A DNA stretch of 64,000 nt from Octopus sinensis. Taxonomy: Eukaryota. The stretch's first letter is position 1. Each line of letters opens with the position of its first letter. The stretch lies in NCBI RefSeq assembly GCF_006345805.1, contig NC_043007.1, forward strand, positions 61,194,001 through 61,258,000. Reading direction: 5' to 3'. Below, one piece after another: positions 14,387-27,620 of this stretch. Below the pieces are notes generated by a model. That model was given only the letters and a program-made list of their open reading frames with translations, was not told where the DNA came from and searched no databases. The position numbers and the translations under genes were made by a program.

Positions 14387-14440
14387 GCAGAAAAACTGCG
14401 TCCCATGATATGGAAAGAAAATCTATTACACATTGCTCGA
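14387..14440 (+). CDS. RMDN: RMDN exon AEKLRPMIWKENLLHIAR
   Basis: ttacttttag acceptor, GTACGT donor, 54 nt, phase 0-0; matches AE.L.P..W..N.L..AK. Confidence 0.9.
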
Positions 14441-17041
14441 GTACGTAAACTAAAATTTGTTTTTTCTGTTTTACATCCATTTTTCAATATGAGCAATGGT
14501 ATTTGTTGGCAGGGAAACTCTTTTTGCGACAAGTTGCTCTTATTATAAACAACTTGCATGTGAAGTTGAAAGAAAGCTTGTTTTGTCAGTTGGGTCGATT
14601 GGAGCAAGCGATTTACCTGAGTAAATTTTGAACTTATGACTGTACCGTTTGCCTTAAGCCATTGTACTGTTTTATAGGGTACCAAACTTCAAGCCAAAAG
14701 ATATCCTGTCAATTGCGTTTGTGCTTAAGAAATAAAACTTTCAAATGGCCCAGTCCATCTAGCTGTAAATAGATGCTACATTATTGGAACAGTTCACCAC
14801 TAAATGACAGCAACAGTTAATTTGGATGAGTAATTTTGTCAACATGTTGCACTAAACTTAACTCCTCATGTGTGTATAAGCATGGAAAAGGATGGTCTCT
14901 ACTTGGTTAATTTAATGAAGATATACTATTTTATTGATAAAATATTTTGCTGGTCTCTCTATGGTACATTAAGTTTTGAGACTCATGTTGCATGTATTTA
15001 AGGAGCTTGATTAAATGTATCAAAGCTGAGCTGGTTGAGAAAAGAAAAACCTGAGTAGCTCAAGAAGGCTGAATGTTAATGGTGATTCAATGCTTGTGAC
15101 ATAAATATCAAGACATCTTAGAAGTACAATTTTCTTGAAATTGTATTTCTTTTGCCAAATATTTTTTACCTAAGAATTTTTTTTTTGCATTCAAGTATTT
15201 TTCTCTTTTTTTTTCTCTTGAGTTGAACTTATGAGGTTAAGATAGATTGACTGCTAATCACAAGAAAATGAGTTCAAACCTGGGTACAGCCATTCTTTTT
15301 TGTGCCCTCTGGGCAAAATACATTACTCTGCTTTCTTCAGTCTATCGAACTGCAATATAAGTTGTGGTAAAACTTAATTTCCCAGTGTTAGATTAACAAT
15401 CAGTTATGTAATCTTGCTGTAAAAATTTCTGCTTCAGCAATTTATATGTAAAATTGAAAGTTTGGATAAAATCAACCATCAAATGTGCTGAGATGGAAAA
15501 TTAACTGTTACTGGGTTCTGGAATAGGGATAGTTTCATGAAGTCTATACAGTTAATATTCAGTTACTTTTTCTTTCTGTGCATTTCCAACTGCCTATATG
15601 TTTGTTATATCTATCTTAATGTATATCTAATTTTATGAATTAACTTTCCAAGCTGTGACTCATTTAACCTTCCTCTATATTTGCTATATATCCCTGTTAT
15701 CTTCATACCTCCACCATTTCCCTAATCTATGCCAATATCAAGCCATTTGTTTACTTATCAACATAGTACTGATAAAATCAAATTTCAATAAAACAGAACT
15801 CTCATTTCTCCTATTGTTTATTTTCAAAAGCTAACTTTGACCTTTTCTATTTTTAATTTAATTGTTTTTCATTATTCTTGATTTCTTGTTGAGCTACTAC
15901 TAACCCATTTGTTGGTGTCTAGACAGCACTTCATTCATTCATTCCAATCCCCTCCCACACATTATCCTCATTGTCATTACCATTATCAGGTACTGCAATC
16001 ATAATCCATTTCACCTGGTTGTCATCCATGTCATTTCTGCTTGTTTCCTTTTTCTTTTTCATAGTGGGCCATTTTGTGTTTGGAGGGGTATTGGATTAGT
16101 CTGGAGAAAGGGACTGCCCCTATGGCGATCTCAGGTCCTTTGGGACCAATGTTCTTTATGGGCAGGGAAGGAATTTCTGAGAGACAACATCATGAAAAGG
16201 GGAAAATTGGACATAGTGGTTAATGTAGGGACTGGAGCAGGGATAGGAAACAGTTTGTATTGAATGTACCTGTAATATAGAATGACTATGTTTTGGATCT
16301 ACGTAACCACTTTTAACAAGGTTAACTTGAGGCTATAGTAACAGTCACTTGCCCAATGTATGATGCAAATATGATCAAGTTTATATGGTGAACTTAATCA
16401 CTCAGCACTGATTGTACTTTGGACAATTTGATGTCATTGAGCAATTGTTTTTGCAGCTGGTTGCTCTTTTTGCATACAATTTATCATTCATCTAGAATGA
16501 ACAAACTAATGATGAACCTTTGTGTTTACTCAGCTTGTTTAGAATAGCAGCTAGATCTTCCTCATATTACACCCTATCATCTTAAGGAAAAAACAAAACA
16601 AAAAGGGAGCATTTTATTATGCAAACTTATGTATAATGTACCTGGTAAAAAAAAATAAAAACCTGATTGTTATAGCTGAAATGCCTTTGGCCACAGGTCT
16701 GCTAGTTCAAAAATGACCTGACAAATAATTATAATAGAAAACTAAGTAAAGCATTATGTTTATTATAGAATTTTAGTGTATAATTAGGACAAATATATAT
16801 TAAATAGAACAAACAAACATACCTTAGATATCACCACATTCATTCAATCTTAATTCTAGGAAGAATTAAACACTAACATTATTAAACTACAACAAAGAAA
16901 CCACATTTACCCTAAGCATATACCTATTGTAACAAACAAACACACACACACACACATGCATGAAACCATTTTGTGAATGAATTGGAGTGAAGGGGAAAAT
17001 GGTATAAAATTGTAAACATTTCCTTTTTTTTTTTCTTTCAG

Positions 17042-17122
17042 TGTTATGCGGAGATGGAAAAATATTCTGAAGCTGTCAAATGGCTGTTGAAAGCCAAGAA
17101 AATAAGACGTAGTGAAATTGAT
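17042..17122 (+). CDS. RMDN: RMDN exon CYAEMEKYSEAVKWLLKAKKIRRSEID
   Basis: T-rich tract + cag, GTAAGA donor, phase 0-0; matches CY..L.....A..WL..A..LP....D. Confidence 0.92.
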
Positions 17123-18637
17123 GTAAGAAACTACCTTTCTATATTCAACTAGTTGCTGTGTGGTTGTTGTTTAACATGTATACATAAACATGTATTTTTA
17201 TGTGTGTGTGAAGTATCATGTTCCATGTTATATGCTGTCAAATTTTGTGCTATTAGATCCTTTATGTATGTAACTTTTTATGGCTAATTAGTCTAATTCT
17301 TGTGATATATATGGAATATAGCCAATATAGATCTGGGAAGACCACAGTTCAAAGGAATATTCAATGCACAATGATGGAGAGTATATACTTCATTGTGATA
17401 TTGACTGGTCCTAAGGAGAGCTCTATATAACACGGTCACCAGACTTGGATCATTGGGGGAAGAGTGTGAGATCGTATGTGCCTTCCCCAATGAGCTGAGT
17501 CTGCTTCATGTATCATTCAGGCTTGTGAAACAGATGAGCTTTCTGTAGAGCCTCTGAATATTGAAATAGAAAATTATATGTATTTATTTATGTATATATA
17601 TGATCTATAACTGTGATTTTGACTAAATATATTTTGTCAATTCTCATGGTTATGGATTAAGAATTGGCAATGTTCCTTTGAACCTCTCATTTCTATGAAT
17701 GCACTCACACACACAGACGTATGAACTAAGAAAAATAACTCAGAGTGGCCAATGGGAAGTATATGAACATAAACAAATATAGGTATACCACATACCATCC
17801 AATATAGTTTTAGTAAATCAAGAATTTATCTCCACCTCTAGAGTGTGTCACAATTACCAAATGGTAATTGAGACCAGCTCCATATGGGAAAAGGAGATAA
17901 TGTCCAGAATGAAAAATTTTCCAAAGTTGTACTGTTGTTAAAGCAAAGGACAAGCTTGTCATGTGCACACACACACACATGCACATTCATTTTCCCCCCC
18001 ACTTCAACTGAGGGGATAGTAATGTCATGTGAGTTATATTGTGGGTCATAAGTTCAGTTTTAGGAATAACTTGATTTCAGATTTGAAGAACTGAATGACT
18101 CTTCAGTAAGCAAATCTCCTGGTATTTAGGTCAGGTAGTAAAGCCTTTTGATAGAAGTTTGCTTGACACTACCATAATACCCTTAGGGGTTCATATACAA
18201 TTTTGTTGTTAAAATTTATGTGCAATAAATTGGTCATATTTCTACAATACACACAATGTTTTAATGATTTTTTTATACAATTCCTAATGATATTTAATTT
18301 TAAAGATATAATAAGACTTTTTAAACTTTGAATGGCTCTGAAGGTCCATCTGAGTAATAGTAATCAAAGGAGTTCATAGGAAAAAATGGTTGAGAACCAC
18401 TGATTTAAACCTTCCATCAAAATCTCGTATTAAGATATGTTCTTTAGTTTCAAAATTAACTAAACAGGGGTAGTGTAGGGTAACAAAAGGTCTCTTAGTT
18501 GCCTAGTTTTCATATTTGCGTATTTTCTTTCTTGTATTTTTGTTTAATTTTGATTGCCTCGGTATCTGTGTGTACACACAAAATTTCAGCTATCATTTTC
18601 TGATTTTAAAAATATTGTTTCTATTTCCCTTTCTCAG

Positions 18638-18697
18638 GATGAAAAAACAGACAAAGACATTGAAGATCTTCTGTCAAAATACATTTCCTATGGATAA
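18638..18697 (+). CDS. RMDN: RMDN last coding exon DEKTDKDIEDLLSKYISYG*
   Basis: ccctttctcag acceptor, in-phase TAA at 18695-18697; candidate AATAAA at 18860-18865. Confidence 0.85.
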   Translation, partial: DEKTDKDIEDLLSKYISYG

Positions 18698-20617
18698 CAT
18701 TTCGTGCTGATGTCTTTCATGTATGTACCTGATGTAGAAGGCAGTAATGAAAAGGAGCAATGCGCAATCAAAATGAAATTTTAAAGAAAGATAAAAGTTT
18801 ATAAGATAACTTAAGAAAAACATGGTTGTGGGGTACGTTCTGTGAACTTGTATCTCAGAAATAAAATAACAAAAAAAAAAAATGTAATATATTAAAATGG
18901 CATTAGAGAGCAAGAAAAAGTACTTGGAATTCATTATTATTATTATTAGTAGTAATAGTAGCTGTTGTAGTAATATTTATTATTTTGTTCTTATTTCTTG
19001 TATTTCTAAAACATTTTGAGAAAAATGTGACTTTTTTGTCACTGGACATGTGTTGGTGTATGTGTGTAAGTATGTATGTCATATTGTGTGTGTGTGTGTG
19101 TGCGTGTGCTTATATGCATTCACATTTTTTTCTGTTGGTACTCTGAATAAGGTTAGTATATTATTTTTCATGTTAAACTTTTTATATTTGTTACAGATTT
19201 TTATTTAGCTGTTAGAAACTGAAATAAATGGAACATCATGAAATGTGCGTTATGCAGCTTTGCTGCTCATCTTAGCAGATAAATTTATGATGAGCTATGT
19301 AATTCAAACATCCTACATTGATATATCAATTTATTTACCCACCATTTTTTGTAAATGTCCAAAATCTGGAAAAAAAAATGCATGATAGTAGCATGGAAAG
19401 ATGTATGTTAAAATGTCATTTGGAAACAAAATACTAAAGATTGTTTCCAGTGGGTATGTGTTTGGATTTTACTATTGTATTATCTGTGGCTATACTGAGG
19501 TGTTATTACTAGTAATATTACTGCAACCTCATGTGGTATACTGGTATGAGTAACTTGAAAGTTAATGGTTTTATTCATGCTTATTATATTGCTTCAGAAG
19601 GAGATTTGGACAGTACAGAAAATGATGTGCAAAGCTGTAGAAAACAATGAAGCATTTTCTATCTGAAAATGACCATATCACTTACTTGTGATTCATGAGA
19701 AGAGCTGTTGATTTACTATGTAAAAAGACTGCAAAATCCACACAGTAATGAAATGAAATAACAGCAATCTAAAGCTGTAAATGCTACACTTACAAATACC
19801 TTTGTCTTTAAGCAATAATTTGAAGAAAATGCAGCAACATGTTGCTGATGACAAATTTATATGAAACACTTTTGAATTCTTAACATGAATGTTGCTGATT
19901 TAAAACCTTATTTCAGTTGCAACCTGAGTCATAGCTTGACTGTTGTTTCAATTCAACTATATTGCTAATTGACAATCAAATTTGCAACATAACAAGTATT
20001 TAGATAGTGAAATATGAAAGCTGTACCACAATGGACACATGCTCTCCCCAAATCAAAACTATTTATTGTAAATAATTAAAAGCATTCCAAAGACAACAAA
20101 TCTCTCTAATGTTATAAATTATCTTCACTACAACAGCCATTCCTCCAGTAATAATACTCTTGATTGAATGTCTTTACAGAAGTATGAGACATCATTTTCA
20201 AATAACATACAGTTCTTACACAAACTCTTTTTATCACTCTTAGAAATGTTATTTGTTTAGCTCTTCTGGCAGTTTAAAGCAATGATGGGTATGGTGTTTT
20301 TGTTTTTCTTACTGTACAGAAATCTATAAGGAAAGGTGAAAAAGAAAATAATGTCATGAAATTTAGAAAATAGTAACAGATCTGTTTTCATTGAAACCTT
20401 ACAAATGGGCATGTCTATATAGCCATCTGTGTATGTTAGTATAATGTGTTTACAAACTTACCTATTCATGTGAGTGTGTGTATGATCTCTCTCTTTCTAT
20501 CAACACACACATGTATACTAAAGTCAAGCTGCTCTTGTATGTTTTTTTATGAGTTTTGCCTCAAGTGCTTCAAAAATCTGAAGAGAAACATTTTTCTTCT
20601 ACAAGGACTTTTATGTG

Positions 20618-20649
<32 letters not shown>

Positions 20650-22034
20650 AACTAATTTTGTCGATATTACTTATTTTGAAGAGGAAATGAGAATGGACAA
20701 TGTTTTTGAATATTTAACAGCTGAGAAATCCAGATTGAATTGTTTGAGTCATCAAGATGTTGTGATTTGTCAGCTTCTTGGGTCTTTGAATTTGCTTGTG
20801 TCACATTCTTGAAAATAACACACCTTATTTTCCTCTTGATATTTCTTTAATTGCAATGAGGCCTTGCAATTCTTTTTGTTTGTTTTCTCTTTCATGGCTA
20901 AGTCCATGCTTATGTACCACCTTTTGAGTAGTGTATTTTTTATTGCTCTATCTATCCAATATATATAAGTTCCTAATAGAGAGCAATGAACATGTTCCAG
21001 CTTAAATATAGCACCAACATATATGATGTAAACTCAATTGTAACATGTTTTAAAAAGTATTACTTAAGAATATTACTTTTGTAATTTTTGTGTGTTAATA
21101 TATCTATATTTGTGACATGGGTCATAAATCATAATGTAAGCCACAACTCAATTTCAGTTTACTTCACTCACACTACTATCACCCTTGAAAAATGCAGGAA
21201 TATTGCACCTCATTCCGACTCTTTTCTGAAACTGTAGGGCCCTTGCTAGTATTTTTGTCATATTTGAAACTTTGTAAAGACTCAATATAAGATAACTCAT
21301 CTTTTGTGAGAGACAGTTTGTAGGTGTAAAATTAAACCAATCAGGTAGAGATATACTCATATATATAATCACATCATTACTTTTTTGTATCCTAGAGCAA
21401 ACTTAAATGGATCTGAGCTTGTTAAATAATATATATATATATATTGCTGGATTTTTTCCCCCTCTTTATTTATGTATAGTCAGAGAATGTATAAATTTTT
21501 GCAGCCATCAGATTATTTAACAGGTTTACTTTTCTGTTTCTAATTTCATATTTTTTGATTTTTTTTATCTGTATTGTTCTTCTTTATAAGTAAAATTTTC
21601 TTGTTACTCTTTTTGTTTTCACTTGTCTTTGTTTATATAAATATTGTTTATTTTGTCACATATATTTGGAGGAGGATTTGATGCATTCTTCATTAGGTTT
21701 ATATGAATGCTCACATGTATTGACATGTGTGTCTGTGTAATCATATGCAGCTCTGTATCATTTCGCCAATAGGCATTTCTCTGTAGCATGAATATACTCA
21801 TAAACTGTCTCATCCTCCTTCTTTTTTTAGCCTCTGTCATATACATATAACTGAGGATAGTGGCAGACAATAATTAGGTTTAGGATTTCTGTTTTGTTGC
21901 GAACTGTTTATTATTTCAGTTTTGTACTGTTTTGTGTACATATTTCCAGATTAAAAAATTTTTAAACTGCCACTCTACACATTTTCTACCAAATTGTTTA
22001 TCAGTCACTGCTTGGATTCAAATAAAAATTCCTA

Positions 22035-22078
<44 letters not shown>

Positions 22079-24364
22079 TGAAGAAATGAAAGAAAGTAGC
22101 ACTAAACATATTTGGTTGGAGCTACATGTTCTTAATGACGGTTTGACTCAGCTCCACATTAAAGTCTCATGAGTGTAGGATCTGTCCACCTCATCAGGTA
22201 TTTGGAGACAGTATCTGATGTGCCCTATACCCACAAAATTTTATAGAATGTGAAGCTGAGTCAAACTGTATCGTGTGTGTGTTATACTGATATCTTAGTA
22301 TGTATTTTCAAAGAGTAAAATAGAAGACAGTCATTCAATCAGTGGTATATATCTATATTTATATCTACACCTAGATTTCCTGCACTTATGCACCTAGTAA
22401 TTATATTTTATGGAATCACATTAAATATATCTTAATGTGTAGATAGTTGAGAATTCATATCAAGTGCTACATAAGGAATATGCCAAGATTTTACTAAACC
22501 CATATTTTCATTTTATATATATGTATATATATAAACACACATGCACAAGTAAGGTGAAACATGTAGCAACTAATAATTTACACTTATGTTTATCATAATT
22601 TTACAGTACATATGCTCTGTATATCATAACTATTAAACATTGCTAAGTACAATGGTAGATTAATATATACTCATATATATACAGGAAGCTGACTGGATAA
22701 TGATAATCTACATGTGGCTCTAACTCATACAATAGTAGTTGTACATTTAAATGTACAGATAATGTGTGTGTGTGTGTGTGTGTGTTTATATATATATTTG
22801 ATTTTTTTTCTATTGCAAATTATTAACCATAGTTTAACTTATACATCATGCCAGAAACTGAGTTGATGTACAAGTTAATACTACTATGTATAATTCTAAA
22901 CATAGAAGTTATATTAAATTTTGGGTTAGAACAATCTCGCTTGCCCTAATAAAATTAGTACTTGTAACTTATTGATATCAGGTGTAAGAATTATGACTCT
23001 GTCTTGTGGCAAATGTAAGTTAAGATTAATAAATTAATGTTTTGTGTTTGTTTGCATTTGTAAATATGTGTGTGTACATGAAAATATTTATGTAAATATA
23101 CATAATTCTGTATTTCCATGCATATGTGCAATTATGTACAGATAAACTCTATTTGTAAAATGTGTTTTTTTTTATATGTGCATATAACATGGCCTAGTGG
23201 ATAATAACCCTGGAACTAGTCATAGTTGAAATGAAGTTCAATCCCTGTCTGAGAACATGTATATAAACCTGGCCAGTGTGTCTCTTCATGATGAATGTAA
23301 ATCAAATCTTGAAATCTGCTTTTTTTTATAAATTATGTATGTGTGTGTATTTAAAATACTTAGTAAAAGTTACCAAACTGAAAGTTATTTGGGTAGTATA
23401 CTCTTATGTCTGCTTCCTTTATGATCATCATTTCGTAGTATATGTATTGGATATGTAAATATATATATACACATGGAGAAAGATAGATGTGCTATACAGA
23501 GGGATCTTGGCTTCAAATAATTTTAGAAATATCATTGCTCTGTTTCTCTACCTACACACACACACACACACACTCATTTTCAAAGGCAGACTCTTAATGT
23601 CCAAGCACCTGCTTTCTAATGCTCAAATAAATGTGAATAATAAAAACAATTATCTGAATGAATTGCTTCTTTTTTGCTACTGGAATAATTATATCAGGTT
23701 AAAAATCTCTTTTTTGAGCCTTTGAAAGATGTTAAAAAATTTTTTTTATCTCATAATTGTTAAGTTAACATGTCGTCTTAACAAAGTCCCCTAACCAAAG
23801 AATTTAACATGGAGAAAATGCATTGAACCATATTTAACTTAGACTTATTTCTTAATCATATCTTAATGTTTTAACAATTCTAAAGGTATTCAAAGTATTT
23901 GGATTAGCAAGGTTACGGATTAATAGTGACAGTTAAGTGAAAGTGTATAGCCTTCCATTTATATCTGATTCCTTTACATATATTCTTATCATCATGATTT
24001 TGTATCTATCTGTCTATTTATCTGTCTGTGTATGAATATGTGTATGTTTATATATATATATATATATGATATATAAAACTGCACTTGCATGGTGAATTTG
24101 AAAAATGATAATGTATAACAATGAGACACGTGTTATTCGTCTCTTAATTATATGTTAGGGTTATGATGCGGTCACTGATTAGAAATTCTCCTAGCAAATT
24201 ATTTCATTGAGACCTAGGTCTGACAGGATTTAAATTGCTAGGTAACAGTTATTATTTTCTATTTCTTTTGAAGATTGCTCTTAAATGTCGTTTTGACTAC
24301 TTCTTCTAGCATATACAAACTGCTTGTTGAAGGCAGTTTTCTCTTGTGTTTAAATGTACACTAT

Positions 24365-24449
24365 TTTATAAATATATATAGATATGATATATATATATAT
24401 ACGTATATGATATATATATATGTATATATATAGATATGATATATAGATA

Positions 24450-24484
<35 letters not shown>

Positions 24485-24495
24485 ATATATATATG

Positions 24496-24530
<35 letters not shown>

Positions 24531-24869
24531 TATGATATATATATATATATATATGATATATAGATATGATATATAGATATGATATATATATATATTGATA
24601 TATATATATATATGATATATATATATATATGATATATAATATATATATATGATATATATATATATGATATATATTATATATATAGATATGTATATATATA
24701 GATATATAGATATATATAGATATATATATATATACATGATACATACATATATGATGCATATATATATATTATATATATATATATATTGATATGTATATGA
24801 TTAGATATATATGATATATATGATATATATATTATATATATATATGATATATATATATATAGATATATA

Positions 24870-24930
<61 letters not shown>

Positions 24931-25130
24931 ATTGATATGTATATGATATATAGATATATATGATATATAGATATATATGATATATAGATATATATATATA
25001 CATGATACATACATATATGATGCATATATATATATATATATGTAATATATATATATATTATGTAATATATATATATATATCATATATATTATGTAATATA
25101 TACATATATATGTACATATATATATATATA
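24365..25130. repeat. ~760-bp compound (TA)n/(TAGATATGA)-type microsatellite
   Basis: Direct inspection. Other (TA)n tracts at 22038, 25560, 26050, 41498, 44443, 44708, 47484, 61210; (AAT)n at 62945, 63436, 63830. Confidence 0.97.
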
Positions 25131-25362
25131 TATTTCTTTACTACCCACAAGGGGCTAAACACAGACGGGACAAACAAGGACAGACGAACAGATTAAGTCG
25201 ATTATATCGACCCCAGTGTGTAACTGGTACTTAATTTATCGACCCCGAAAGGATGAAAGGCAAAGTCGACCTTGGCGGAATTTGAACTCGGAACGTGACG
25301 ACAGACGAAATACAGCTACGCATTTCGCCCGGCGTGCTAACGTTTCTGCCAGCTCGCCGCCT
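25131..25362 (-). mobile_element. Young family-A tRNA-SINE inserted in (TA)n
   Basis: Complete head AGGCGGCGAGCTGGCAGAAACGTTAGCACG...GAGTTCAAATTCC, CpGs retained, (TA)n both sides. Similar copies at 35594-35825 (-) and 37095-37310 (+). Confidence 0.85.
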
Positions 25363-25380
25363 ATATATATATATATATAT

Positions 25381-25544
25381 ACAGGCACAGTAGTGGCTGT
25401 GTGGTGAGTAGCTTGCTTACCAACCACATGGTTCCGGGTTCATTTTCATTGCATGGCACCTTGGGCAAGTGTCTTCTACTATAGCCTCAGACCAACCATG
25501 AGTGGATTTGGTACAAGGAAACTGAAAGAAGCCTGTTGTATATT

Positions 25545-25623
<79 letters not shown>

Positions 25624-25835
25624 GTGTGTATATGTTTCTGTGTCTGTGTTTGTCCCCCCAAAATAGCTTGACAACCGATGCTGGTGTGTTTACGTCCCCG
25701 TAACTTAGCAGTTCGGCAAAAGAGACCAATAGAACAAGTACTAGGCTTCCAAAGAATAAGTCCTGTAGTTGATTTGCTCGACTAAATTCAGTGCTCCAGC
25801 ATGACAGTCAAATGACTGAAACAAGTAAAAGAGTA
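25381..25835 (+). mobile_element. Family-B tRNA-SINE with internal (GT)n(TA)n
   Basis: Head GGCTGTGTGGTGAGTAGCTTGC...GGTTCCGGGTTCA; body CCTTGGGCAAGTGTCTTCTACTATAGCC; tail AATGACTGAAACAAGTAAAAGAG. Confidence 0.8.
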
Positions 25836-26066
25836 TACTGTTTATTTATTATTACGTACTTTTTGTGATCTAGATAAATGTTTTATCACGTATTTTATTT
25901 TTTCTATATGATATGTCTTATGTCTATCATTGTTTGAATTACATAATAGTCGTTTTCTCTAATCTCTATATATTATGTATTTATATTGTGAAATTTCATT
26001 TAATACTAAATTGAATTTTTCCCTGTAAGTTTGGAGTTAGACTCCTTAATATATATTATATATATG

Positions 26067-26099
<33 letters not shown>

Positions 26100-26147
26100 T
26101 TATATATAGATATTATATATGTTGTATATATATATATATATATATTA

Positions 26148-27620
26148 TCAGGAATCACTGCAGAGATGCTCAAAATATCTGGCAGTGTCGGCTATAGCCT
26201 AGTCACCCATATAGTTAACCAGGTTATACATGAAGGAGTCATACCCAATGACTGGTGTAGCAGTACTATAGTCAACTACTACAAAGGTAAAGGTGACGCT
26301 TTAGATACAAATAATTACAGAGGTATCAAGTTGTTGGATCAGGTAATGAAGGTTACGGAGAGGGTTATAGCCTAACTAATTAGGGAGAGAGTTAGTTTAG
26401 ATGAAATGCAGTTTGGGTTCGTGCCAAGGAAAAGCACCACTGATGCTATATTTCGGGTATGACAGCTGCACAAGAAATACCTAGCCAAAGATAAACCTCT
26501 GTACCTGGCTTTTGTTGACATGGAGAAAGCCTTTGACAGGGTCCCTCCAATCCCTTATCTGGTGGTCAATGCGAAAACTAGGGATAGATGAATGTTTAGT
26601 GAGAGCTGTGCAAGCCATGTACAGGGATGCTGTCAGTAAGGTGAGGGTTGGCAACGAGTACAATGAAGAATTCTGGGTAGAGATAGGGGTCCTCCAAGGT
26701 TCAGTATTCAGCCCCCTCTTATTCATCATGGTCTTCCAGGCAATAACAGAGGAATTCAAGACAGGATGCCACTGGGAGCTCCTCTATGCTGATGACCTTG
26801 CTCTAATTGCTGAGTCACTATCAGAACTGGAGAAGTTTCAGGTGTGGAAACAAGGATTAGAATCAAAGGGCCTTAGAGTCAACCTAGCTAAAACCAAAGT
26901 CCTAATAAGTAGGAAGGCAGGCAAACCACAAATCCCTTCTGGTAGATGGCTCTGCTCAATCTGTAGAAAAGGCATAGTTAGAAACTCTATAAGATGCACC
27001 CAGTGTATGCTATAGACACATAAGAGGTGCAGCAATATCAAAGGAAGGCTAATTGGGAAGATAGTTTTTGTATGTGGCAGATGCTTGGGAGCAATAAACA
27101 CTGAAAATGCGCAGTGAACAACTTCTGCCACATTCCAGGGAGAAAAACTAGAAGTAGTTGTTAGCTTCCGTTACCTCGTTGACCAAGTCAGTAGCGGGGG
27201 AGGGTGCGCTGAAAGTGTAGCTGCTAGAATAAGAACATCTTGGGCAAAGTTCAGAGAGCTCTTACCTCTGCTGATGACAAAGGGCCTCTCGCTCAGAGTA
27301 AAATGCAGCCTGTATGATGCATGTGTACGAACAGCCATGCTACATGCAGTGAAACATGGGCCATGACTGCTGAGGGCATGCGTAAGCTCACAAAGAATGA
27401 AGCCAGTATGCTCTGATGGATGTGTAATGTCAGTGTACATACTCGACAGAGTGTAAGTACCTTGAAAGAAAAGTTGGACCTAAGAACCATCAGATGTGGT
27501 GTGCAAGAGAGACAACTGCGCTGGTATGGTTATGTGGTGAAAATGGATGAGGATACCTGTGTGAAAAAGTGCCACACCCTAGCGGTTGAGGGAATCTATG
27601 GAAGAGGTATACCCAGGAAG
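26148..27620 (+). mobile_element. RTE LINE internal fragment (RT + PHD-like finger), multiple stops/frameshifts
   Basis: SGITAEMLKISG...LYADDLALIAES...WLCSICRKG...; clearly related to the 32152-33891 ORF; truncated at both ends, begins directly after (TA)n. Confidence 0.93.

Noticed and set aside
18170-18402. hAT-like terminus GGTTGAGAACCACTG at 18388-18402
   Set aside because: No matching left TIR or 8-bp TSD found; too fragmentary to list.
21619-21870. 83-aa minus ORF and an SH3-like YRAAYDY in another frame
   Set aside because: Stops in all frames nearby and the rest of an SH3 domain is absent.
25290-25362. tRNA-like heads with box A/B motifs
   Set aside because: No complete cloverleaf or acceptor stem; they are heads of multi-copy SINEs, so no tRNA gene is called.
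24361-25729. Ile/Tyr-rich ORFs
   Set aside because: Translations of (TA)n and SINE sequence; same for 47478-47741 and 56302-56810.
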